Positions 26,658 to 33,850 of a DNA stretch of 33,850 nucleotides are shown one piece after another; the first letter of the stretch is position 1, and each line of letters begins with the position of its first letter. The notes under the pieces were generated by a model. It was not told the origin of the DNA. It did not search any database and was given only the letters and a program-made list of their open reading frames with translations. The position numbers and the translations under genes are program-made. The DNA comes from a virus (Duplodnaviria > Caudoviricetes), in IMG/VR virus record IMGVR_UViG_3300020430_000003, positions 1-33,850 of that record, one strand, 5' to 3'.

Positions 26658-27586
26658 TGCTAAAGTCAGAGCTAACACCAGACCCGGTCAGAGACGCACC
26701 CGAAGGTCACGGCGAAAACCAAAGCCCCGGCGCATACTCAGCACTACCGGGCAGAGCCATAGTAGACGAACGCTTCTACCAATACCCCATGACAATGGTC
26801 GTACTCGCTCATTGCTGTGGTCACGTAAACTACCACACCGCCATATTCTGGATTAACCAAAGCACCCTCGCCCGCAGAATGAACTGTACACAGCAAGCTA
26901 TATCACAGCATATGCGTAAGCTCGTACAATGGGGCTACATAGAAAAGATACGCAAGGAAGCTCCTATCAGAGCCTACGGACGCAAAGGAGCCGCATGGAG
27001 AGTTATCTATGACCCAAGAGTATCACTAGACGAAGCACTCGCCACAATTCCCTCAGACGCAGCTACACCAGAGCAACAAGCAGAGGAGGCTAAGAAGACA
27101 ATAGAACTGGCTACATCCGGGCCAAAAGGTCAAAAGAAACGGCCAACAAAGCCTGTGGATAAGTCTACAACCCACAAGCCCCAGCTTGTAGATGATGATG
27201 ACAAGTACAAGCCCCAGCTTGTGCATAGCCACAAGCCACAGCTTGTTCATAAAGACTTACATATAACGATAGATAAAGAGATTAAGGATATTGATTGCAA
27301 AAGATTATGTGAGCAATTCAGCGCGGAGATAATGAAAAGATATGGAAAGGGTTGGGTGTATGATCTAAGGCAGATGGATCTAGCCAAACAACTCTTTGGT
27401 CTCGGGTATACCGTCGAGTCATTCGGTAGAGATGCCGGGTATGTATTGGATTGGCTGGTAAAGAATAACAAGCAGCACCCAGTATCATTGCAGTATTTCA
27501 TTGCACGTAAGCAGAACAAGAAGAAAGATCACAAGACAGCAGAGGAGCATATAAAACACCTAACAAACAAGATGAGAATAAGATGA
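26657..27586 (+). CDS. Putative replication initiator (N-terminal HTH, lambda O-like layout)
   Basis: WINQSTLARRMNCTQQAISQHMRKLVQWGYIEK winged HTH; central linker encodes DNA repeats; start ATG 26657. Confidence 0.7.
   Translation: MLKSELTPDPVRDAPEGHGENQSPGAYSALPGRAIVDERFYQYPMTMVVLAHCCGHVNYHTAIFWINQSTLARRMNCTQQAISQHMRKLVQWGYIEKIRKEAPIRAYGRKGAAWRVIYDPRVSLDEALATIPSDAATPEQQAEEAKKTIELATSGPKGQKKRPTKPVDKSTTHKPQLVDDDDKYKPQLVHSHKPQLVHKDLHITIDKEIKDIDCKRLCEQFSAEIMKRYGKGWVYDLRQMDLAKQLFGLGYTVESFGRDAGYVLDWLVKNNKQHPVSLQYFIARKQNKKKDHKTAEEHIKHLTNKMRIR
27154..27290. other. Putative replication origin: DnaA box, three palindromic iterons, AT-rich tract
   Basis: TGTGGATAA (=TTATCCACA) 27154-27162; ACAAGC-N4-GCTTGT at 27174, 27207 and 27231; AT-rich 27247-27290. 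Confidence 0.7.
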
Positions 27587-27624
27587 TTGTACAAACACCA
27601 CACGGTCGGCTAGTATTTGTACAA
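27587..27624. promoter_or_regulatory. Inverted pair of TGTACAAA motifs upstream of the packaging/late operon
   Basis: TTGTACAAACAC-14 bp-GTATTTGTACAA (1 mismatch in 12). Confidence 0.55.
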
Positions 27625-27736
27625 AGGTATAGGGGGGGGTGTGCGTTACAAAAAAGGCACCTTATGCCCCCCCGCCCCCTATCGCGTAGTATAGGGGCCA
27701 CTCAAAAATATTTTGGTAAAAAACATGGAGAAGTAA

Positions 27737-27997
27737 ATGGTTAAAGTTTTAGACATAGTTCAGCCTAGAGAGGGCAAGGAAGGAAAGACGTACTGGCAGA
27801 AGCTTGGAGTTAAGTTTGTTTCTGATGATGGGAAGGAGAGTATTAAGTTAGATGCTTTGCCTTTGCCTAATGAGAAGGGTGAGGTTTGGCTGAATGTTTT
27901 TGAGCAGAAGCCACGAGATGATGCGGGTGCTAATGGTACTTGGTCTAAGCCTGAAGCTGGTGATGTGAGTTTACCGAATGACGAAATCCCGTTCTAA
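27737..27997 (+). CDS. Small ssDNA-binding-like protein with acidic DEIPF tail
   Basis: GKT.W.K.G..F...G..SIKLDALP beta-rich core; SSB-type C-terminus. Confidence 0.65.
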   Translation: MVKVLDIVQPREGKEGKTYWQKLGVKFVSDDGKESIKLDALPLPNEKGEVWLNVFEQKPRDDAGANGTWSKPEAGDVSLPNDEIPF

Positions 27998-28409
27998 CAG
28001 TCCGAAGGTTCCCCGGGTAACGCCGTTTGCTACTCGGGGGATCACGAAGCGGTTACGTGGTTCTAAAATAATTTATGAGCAACGTGATGAGTTAGCGATG
28101 GATTTACTGGGTTTGTATTCTGCGAAGGTTACGGATGTGGTGGATATTGTTCATCGTGAGGATGGTTCGACGAGTGTGGACTTGAAGGATGTGGGGGATA
28201 TTCCTGAGAATGCTTTGAGGGCGATTAGGAAGATCAAGGTGACGCCTACGCGGCATGGTGAGCAAGTTGAGGTTGAGATGATTGACAAGGTGAGGATAGG
28301 TCAGATGTTGGCGAAGTCTGCGGGGTTACTGGATAACGAGAAGGAGATTGATAAGCCGGGTGTGGTGAGCATTGAGATGGTTATGCCGAAGGAGGACGGT
28401 GATGAATGA
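27978..28409 (+). CDS. terS: Terminase small subunit
   Basis: AI.KIKV.....G..VEVEM.DK...L.K..GLL pattern; immediately upstream of TerL. Confidence 0.7.
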   Translation: MTKSRSNSPKVPRVTPFATRGITKRLRGSKIIYEQRDELAMDLLGLYSAKVTDVVDIVHREDGSTSVDLKDVGDIPENALRAIRKIKVTPTRHGEQVEVEMIDKVRIGQMLAKSAGLLDNEKEIDKPGVVSIEMVMPKEDGDE

Positions 28410-29925
28410 GCCTCTAAGCAACATGAAGTTGGATTTTTCTACGTCGCCTACGGTTGCCAAGTTTTTTAAGAGCAAGGGTTTTGTTCGTGGGATTATGGGG
28501 CCTGTGGGCAGTGGCAAGTCTTATGCTTGCTGTGCGGAGATATGGCGTCGGGCTATTCAGCAGAAGCCTAGTCCGAGGGATGGGATTAAGTACACGAGGT
28601 TTGCGATTGTACGAAATACCAACCCTATGTTGAGGACGACGACGTTGAAGACTTGGTTGGAGTTGATGCCTGAACACGTTTGGGGGCCTGTGAAGTATTC
28701 CCCGCCTATCACGCATCATATCAAGTTACCGCCTAGAGATGGGGCGGCTGGCATTGACTGTGAGGTTATATTCTTAGCTTTAGATGACCCGAAGGATGTT
28801 AGGAAGCTGTTGTCTTTGGAATTGACGGGAGCTTGGGTGAATGAGTGCCGTGAGCTTCCCAAGGCTGTAGCGGATGGTTTAACGCATAGGGTTGGACGTT
28901 TTCCGACTAAGGCTGACGGGGGACCTTCTTGGCATGGGGTTATCATGGATACGAACCCTATGGATGATGATCATTGGTATTATCGGATTGCGGAGAAAGA
29001 GCGGCCTAGAGGTAAGTATGCTTGGGATTTTTTTAAGCAGCCCGGTGGTGTGTTGGAAGTAGGCATTGATGAATTGCCTGATGAGATGCCCGAAGCTCAA
29101 GGGTTTATTCATCAGGCGGGTCGCTGGTGGAGAACGAACCCCAAGGCTGAGAACCTCAAGAACCTACCGACGGGATACTATGAGCAGCTTTTGGGTGGTA
29201 AAAACCTAGATTGGATTCAGTGCTATGCCGAAGGCAAGTATACGTTTGTTCAGGAAGGTAGACCCGTTTGGCCTGAGTACAACGATAGTCTTATGGCGGC
29301 TGACTTAGAGCCTGACCCGGAGTTGCCTGTGCATATTGGCTTGGACTTTGGTTTGACCCCGGCGGCTATCTTTGCCCAGAAAATGGGGAACGGTAGATGG
29401 CACGTGTTGCATGAGCTTGTCACGTTTGACATGGGGCTAAATCGGTTTGCGGAGATGCTCAAGAGCGAGTTGGAGTCTAGGTTTCCCAGATATGAAACGA
29501 TGATATGGGGTGACCCTGCGGGTATGCAGCGTGACCAGATCTTTGAGACTACGGCCTTTGATCATCTGAAAACTCTGGGGCTACTGGCTAGACCTACGGC
29601 AACAAACGAATTTAGAACCCGGCGTGAAGCTTTAGCGATACCTATGGGTAGGCTCATAGATAGCAAACCCGGGTTTCTGATCAGTCGTAAGTGCAATCGG
29701 TTACGCAAGGCTTTAGCGGGTGGGTATCACTTCAAGCGTGTGGCGATTGGTGCGGGGCAAGAACGGTTTAGAGATACGCCCAACAAGAACGAACATTCGC
29801 ACGTAGGTGATGCGGCGGGGTATTGTTTGCTAGGTTCTGAGCATAGAATTATGACCAAAGCCCCTACCCGTGGTCGTGTGGCGACGACGCAAGCAAAAGT
29901 TTTGGAGTTCAATGTTTTCGACTGA
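28402..29925 (+). CDS. terL: Terminase large subunit
   Basis: Walker A GPVGSGKS, Walker B-like AWVNE, DTNP, GLDFGLTPA, SHVGDA; start ATG 28402. Confidence 0.95.
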   Translation: MNEPLSNMKLDFSTSPTVAKFFKSKGFVRGIMGPVGSGKSYACCAEIWRRAIQQKPSPRDGIKYTRFAIVRNTNPMLRTTTLKTWLELMPEHVWGPVKYSPPITHHIKLPPRDGAAGIDCEVIFLALDDPKDVRKLLSLELTGAWVNECRELPKAVADGLTHRVGRFPTKADGGPSWHGVIMDTNPMDDDHWYYRIAEKERPRGKYAWDFFKQPGGVLEVGIDELPDEMPEAQGFIHQAGRWWRTNPKAENLKNLPTGYYEQLLGGKNLDWIQCYAEGKYTFVQEGRPVWPEYNDSLMAADLEPDPELPVHIGLDFGLTPAAIFAQKMGNGRWHVLHELVTFDMGLNRFAEMLKSELESRFPRYETMIWGDPAGMQRDQIFETTAFDHLKTLGLLARPTATNEFRTRREALAIPMGRLIDSKPGFLISRKCNRLRKALAGGYHFKRVAIGAGQERFRDTPNKNEHSHVGDAAGYCLLGSEHRIMTKAPTRGRVATTQAKVLEFNVFD

Positions 29926-30403
29926 AGAACTCAATCGGGTCATGCCGCTCGATTACCCTCGGCATAAACTGGTTGACTGGTCCCCGGCACATTACCTGAT
30001 GTGTGAAATCAATAAGTTTGATGAGGATATAGCCCGTCAGCACGACGATTATCTATCTATTCTTAGCCAGTATGCCAATTCAGGTGTCGCTTATACCGGG
30101 ATTGGTGAGGGCAAAGTTTATGCGATGTTCGGGATTTATGAGTATTGGAAGGGCAGCGCAGAAGCGTGGCTTATTCCCTCGAAGCACATAGGCCGAAAAA
30201 CTATGTCGTTTCACCGCACTGCTTTGCAGTTTTTTGAGCTAGCAGCGAATAGAATGGGAATAAAAAGGTTACAGTTCACCATTCATTCTGACAACGTTCC
30301 AGCAGTCAAATGGGCTGAGAGGTGTTACTTTGAGTATGAGGGGACCATGCGACGGTATGGTCCTGACGGTAGTGACTACAAAATTTATGCGAGGTTGTTT
30401 TAA
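29912..30403 (+). CDS. GNAT-fold protein (T7 gp13-like)
   Basis: EAWL, RLQFTI..DN..A.KWAE...FEYEG.MRRYGPDGSDY. Confidence 0.75.
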   Translation: MFSTEELNRVMPLDYPRHKLVDWSPAHYLMCEINKFDEDIARQHDDYLSILSQYANSGVAYTGIGEGKVYAMFGIYEYWKGSAEAWLIPSKHIGRKTMSFHRTALQFFELAANRMGIKRLQFTIHSDNVPAVKWAERCYFEYEGTMRRYGPDGSDYKIYARLF

Positions 30404-30651
30404 TGGGTGGTTTATTTAAAAAACCTAAAGCTCCAAAGCCAGACCCAAAGGTTGAGGAAAATCTTAGGCAGCAAGAAATTCAAGCGGAACAGGAACGAAT
30501 TGAAGCAGGGCGCAAAATATCTGCGCGGAAACAATCAAGAGTTCGTGGCGGCACAAGGCAGCTTATGGCTGAAGGTGTAACTGGTGGAACTCAAGGAAGA
30601 AACGTTGAGCAGCTTCAAACATCGTTAGGACGTAACCCAAGGTCGGGCTAA
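30403..30651 (+). CDS. Small virion-associated protein preceding portal
   Basis: MGGLF..PK.P.P start typical of small pre-portal podoviral proteins. Confidence 0.65.
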   Translation: MGGLFKKPKAPKPDPKVEENLRQQEIQAEQERIEAGRKISARKQSRVRGGTRQLMAEGVTGGTQGRNVEQLQTSLGRNPRSG

Positions 30652-30690
30652 TGAAAAAATATATTCGCAATCCAAGACACACGGAGGTCC

Positions 30691-30810
30691 ATGATGTACG
30701 GTCAAAAAAAAGGCAAGAAGCCATTGAGCAGCAAAATGAACAGCAAGATGAACAATCTTCGGAAGAAGATGGCGACTAAGTACGGCAAAAAGAATGACAA
30801 GAAGTCCTGA
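30691..30810 (+). CDS. Very basic small protein (not in ORF track)
   Basis: MMYGQKKGKKPLSSKMNSKMNNLRKKMATKYGKKNDKKS; SD GGAGGT. Confidence 0.55.
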   Translation: MMYGQKKGKKPLSSKMNSKMNNLRKKMATKYGKKNDKKS

Positions 30811-30985
30811 GAAAACAGGAACGTCCGGGCGTAGGGTTTCATTCGCGGCAAGGTTTGCGGGAATGAGAGGGCCTATGAAAGACAAAAAACGCCAACCCAC
30901 TAAAAAAGCTTTAGCGTTAAAAGATTGGGGCTTTAGTAGCGTAGAGGCAGCTAGAAATTTTGCACGAAGGCATAAGAAAACCTAA
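30794..30985 (+). CDS. Small basic protein, DUF6321-like
   Basis: RR.SF.AR..GM.GPMKD....PT.KALAL..W pattern, recalled from marine phages. Confidence 0.6.
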   Translation: MTRSPEKTGTSGRRVSFAARFAGMRGPMKDKKRQPTKKALALKDWGFSSVEAARNFARRHKKT

Positions 30986-32532
30986 TGGTATTAGACGTCA
31001 AACAAATTAAGAAACGCTTTAAGAAAGCGGAAACTCACAAAGACCAATGGCGGTCTATCTACGAAGAAGCCTACGAATATGCGCTTCCTATGCGTAACTT
31101 GTACGACGGATACTACGAGGGCAATGTCCCCGGTCAAAATAAAATGAAACGAGTGTTTGATAGTACGGCTATCCACTCAACGGCCCGGTTCGCAAACCGT
31201 ATACAATCCTCCCTGTTTCCACCACAACGAGCGTGGTGTCGGCTTCAACCGGGCCAAGAAATACCTGAAGAAAATAAAATACAAGCTCAACAAGCTCTAG
31301 ATTTCTATACAGAAAAAATGTTCGGCGTAATGGCGCAGTCTGGTTTTGACTTAGCTATGGGTGAGTTCTTACTGGATCTTGCGGTAGGAACTGCGGTCAT
31401 GCTCATACAGCCCGGAGATGAAGTAACGCCGATACGCTATACGGCTGTACCGTCCTATCACGTTTGCTTTGAGGAAGGTCCAAACGGTACGGTTGATACG
31501 GTATATCGTAAGTTTAAGCGACCTTTTAACGTTATTCAGCGCGAATGGCCTGACGCAAATATTCCTGACCATATTGTAAAAAAATATGAAGAAGATCCGA
31601 CGCAACCGTTGGAAATGATTGAGGCAACCTACACGATAGATAATCAAATCTATTATTGCTTAGTCACAGCAGAAGAAGACTTTAAACTTGTACACCGTGA
31701 CTTAAAGTCTTTTCCTTGGGTGATCTCTCGATACATGAAAGCCAGTAACGAACGTTACGGTCGTGGCCCTGTGCTATACGCTTTACCTGACATTAAGACA
31801 TTGAACAAAGTTGTTGAATTAACTTTGAAAAACGCCAGCATCAGTATCGGTGGCGTGTTTACTGCGGTCGATGATGGCGTCTTAAACCCCCAGACAATAA
31901 GCATCGTTCCCGGCGCAGTAATAGGCGTTAGCTCGAACGGTGGACCTCGAGGCCCATCCTTACAACCCCTACCCCGTTCGGGCGACGCTAACTTGACACA
32001 AATCGTTAGCAATGACTTACGTATGAACATCAAGAAAACCCTTCTTGATGAAAGCTTGCCGCCCGACAATATGTCCGCCAGAAGTGCGACTGAGATTGTA
32101 GAAAGAATGAAAGAGCTATCGCAGAACTTGGGGTCAGCGTTTGGGCGGCTCATCTCTGAAACGATGTTTCCAATCGTGCGTCGTAGCCTAGAGCTTATGG
32201 ACGAGATGGGCATGATAGAGCTACCTCTAAAGGTAAACGGACTACAAGTTAGCGTTATACCTCAATCACCTTTGGCTATGGCGTCCAACATGGACAAGCT
32301 TAACGAGGTTATGCAGTTTATGCAGATTTCCCAGATGATGGGGCCTCAAGGTCAGACATTACTGAAAATGGATCAAGTCGGTGACTACATAGCTGATCAG
32401 TTAGGTATCCCGGCTTCACTCAGAACGACGCCGCAAGAACGAGCGCAGATGCAAGAAGAGATGTTAGCAATGGCACAGATGGCGGCAGAGCAACAGGGCG
32501 TGATACCGCCTGAAGGGGAACAAATGCAATGA
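30985..32532 (+). CDS. Portal (head-tail connector) protein
   Basis: 515 aa; VFDSTA, L..GTA, YGRGP...ALPDIK.LN, SATEI.ER..E motifs of T7/BPP-1-like portals. Confidence 0.95.
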   Translation: MVLDVKQIKKRFKKAETHKDQWRSIYEEAYEYALPMRNLYDGYYEGNVPGQNKMKRVFDSTAIHSTARFANRIQSSLFPPQRAWCRLQPGQEIPEENKIQAQQALDFYTEKMFGVMAQSGFDLAMGEFLLDLAVGTAVMLIQPGDEVTPIRYTAVPSYHVCFEEGPNGTVDTVYRKFKRPFNVIQREWPDANIPDHIVKKYEEDPTQPLEMIEATYTIDNQIYYCLVTAEEDFKLVHRDLKSFPWVISRYMKASNERYGRGPVLYALPDIKTLNKVVELTLKNASISIGGVFTAVDDGVLNPQTISIVPGAVIGVSSNGGPRGPSLQPLPRSGDANLTQIVSNDLRMNIKKTLLDESLPPDNMSARSATEIVERMKELSQNLGSAFGRLISETMFPIVRRSLELMDEMGMIELPLKVNGLQVSVIPQSPLAMASNMDKLNEVMQFMQISQMMGPQGQTLLKMDQVGDYIADQLGIPASLRTTPQERAQMQEEMLAMAQMAAEQQGVIPPEGEQMQ

Positions 32533-32825
32533 GCCAAGCAGAACGTATTCGCAGCATAAACTCTCCCGGCTGGGATGGAGTTGACGCAACCATAACACAT
32601 TTAGAGATGCCCAACAGCGCACAACGGGATTTAGATATTCAGTTTAAAAGATGCTTTGACTCTGAGGCTGGTAAAAAGGTTTTAGAGCATTTGCGTACAA
32701 TAACTATTGATCAACCCGCTTGGGTGCCGGGTGCTGACCCTTCTTTTGGATACGCACGGGAAGGTCAGAATAGTTTAGTGCGTGAAATTGAACAGAGGAT
32801 AAAACGAGCGAATGAGCGAGAGTGA
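32529..32825 (+). CDS. Bbp19-like small protein
   Basis: F.S.AG.KVL.HL ... REGQ.SLV..I pattern between portal and scaffold. Confidence 0.7.
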   Translation: MSQAERIRSINSPGWDGVDATITHLEMPNSAQRDLDIQFKRCFDSEAGKKVLEHLRTITIDQPAWVPGADPSFGYAREGQNSLVREIEQRIKRANERE

Positions 32826-33624
32826 TAACCAAGAAGCCGAAGGGACAACCGAAGAAGTAGCGGCCCCTGATGGTTTGATGGCCGCAGCAGCTTTAGAAGA
32901 AGAACAAGCGGTAGAAGAAGGTGAAACTATAGAGCATCGAGCGGATGCCGAAGTAGAAGGCCAGCCCACAGAAGAAGAAACGTTTGAGCGTCCTGACTTC
33001 ATACCTGAAAAATTTTGGGATGAAAAAGAAGGGCCTGACTTAGAAAAGATGATGAAGTCTTATGATGAGCTTCAAAAACAATTTTCTCAAGGCAAACACA
33101 AAGCCCCTAAAGAATACAACACTGAGGTGCTTACAGAAGCTGGATACGAAGCTAGTGACCCGCTTGTATCTACTTATTTAGATTGGGCGCAAAAGTACGG
33201 GGTGAACCAAGCAGCATTTGACGAGCTTGCTTCTAGTATTACTGGTATGGCGGGTGAAGACATGGCGGCTGTAGAGTTAGACCTACAGCGTGAACGTGAG
33301 GCTCTCGGGCCTAATGCTAATGAAATATTAAAGTCAAATATTGATTGGGCTGATGGTTTAGAGCGTAAAGGTATTATTTCTGAGGCAGAACGGGCTGAGT
33401 TAAACATTTGGGGTGGCTCTGCTGTTGGTCAGCGTCTTATGCAAAAAGTTCGTTCTATGACTGGTGACATGTCCAAAATACCAGTCGCAGAAGTTGCTGA
33501 AGCGGGTCAAAGTGAAGATGATTTCAAAGCTTCTATGCAAGCTAAGATTGCCGACCCTCGGTATGGTTCCGACCCTGCATTTACTCGCAACGTAGAGTTG
33601 GAATATCAAAGGAGATACGGCTAG
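32812..33624 (+). CDS. Capsid assembly scaffolding protein
   Basis: Acidic N-terminus, RPDFIPEKFWD, KSY.EL.K, C-terminal DPRY..DPAF...V. Confidence 0.85.
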   Translation: MSESDNQEAEGTTEEVAAPDGLMAAAALEEEQAVEEGETIEHRADAEVEGQPTEEETFERPDFIPEKFWDEKEGPDLEKMMKSYDELQKQFSQGKHKAPKEYNTEVLTEAGYEASDPLVSTYLDWAQKYGVNQAAFDELASSITGMAGEDMAAVELDLQREREALGPNANEILKSNIDWADGLERKGIISEAERAELNIWGGSAVGQRLMQKVRSMTGDMSKIPVAEVAEAGQSEDDFKASMQAKIADPRYGSDPAFTRNVELEYQRRYG

Positions 33625-33670
33625 CCTGTAGTCGTATAATTAGGAGTTTTTCACTGCTCTCTCCTAAACT

Positions 33671-33706
33671 AGCCCTCGCTTCCGTTTCCCGGCGAGGGCT
33701 TTTTAT
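33671..33706 (+). terminator. Rho-independent terminator after the scaffold gene
   Basis: AGCCCTCGC (33671-33679) pairs with GCGAGGGCT (33692-33700), followed by TTTTAT. Confidence 0.8.
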
Positions 33707-33738
33707 ATGTACAAATACTACACCTAGCATCTAATATG

Positions 33739-33767
33739 TTTACAAGCTACAGCTTGTAGTGTATCGT
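33739..33767 (+). promoter_or_regulatory. Putative sigma70-type capsid promoter with an operator palindrome in the spacer
   Basis: TTTACA (33739-44), 17 bp, TATCGT (33762-67); TACAAGCT-AC-AGCTTGTA at 33741-33758. Confidence 0.55.
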
Positions 33768-33773
33768 TTTGAT

Positions 33774-33850
33774 AACAGATAACCCTCTGGGCCTGTTTGG
33801 CGTGTAGAAATACACCGGGCGTGGACGTATCCACGAAGCCAAAGGCCGGA
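33774..33850. repeat. 77-bp terminal direct repeat (copy 2)
   Basis: Identical to 1-77. Confidence 0.95.

Noticed and set aside
27174-27246. Mini CRISPR array
   Set aside because: Repeats are 16 bp with 17- and 8-bp gaps, inside a CDS; they fit iterons
1273-33609. Numerous antisense or alternate-frame ORFs in the supplied track (e.g. 5257-5604, 8782-9255, 12493-12864, 31755-32213)
   Set aside because: Shadow ORFs overlapping well-supported genes, without recognisable motifs
33635-33667. TATAAT plus a TTAGGAG/CTCCTAA hairpin as a small RNA or leader peptide gene
   Set aside because: No convincing -35 and no usable ORF on either strand; may simply be 3' UTR structure
33774-33850. Terminal repeat as a biological T7-like direct terminal repeat
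   Set aside because: Exactly 77 bp and falling within the capsid promoter/leader; best explained as an assembler overlap

Overview
The window is an apparently complete circular assembly of a ~33.77 kb podovirus genome; bases 1-77 repeat at 33774-33850, consistent with an assembler overlap. The virion module is T7/BPP-1-like: TerS, TerL, GNAT, portal, scaffold, major capsid, tail tubular A/B, internal (ejection) proteins and a tail fibre. I see no DNA polymerase, primase, helicase or RNA polymerase. The layout resembles marine HTVC010P-type phages of Alphaproteobacteria (inference). A leftward block encodes a serine recombinase, a YqaJ-like exonuclease, a RecT-like annealase and a LexA-type HTH. 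A rightward block encodes an RHH regulator, nucleases, a DnaA domain-IV ORF and an HTH replication initiator. Main signals: (1) an origin-like cluster inside the initiator gene (perfect DnaA box plus three ACAAGC-N4-GCTTGT palindromes), with a fourth copy of the palindrome in the spacer of the putative capsid promoter; (2) a DnaA domain-IV ORF with no well-placed start codon that begins at an in-phase A_AAA_AAG -1 slippery site in the upstream nuclease gene; (3) a structured capsid-gene leader with a duplicated internal-loop motif; (4) an array of paralogous tail-adhesin-like genes joined by a conserved 15-bp junction; (5) an ejection protein carrying apparent enzymatic cargo; (6) strong CCWGG avoidance. 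All family calls come from motif recognition by eye, not from database searches.
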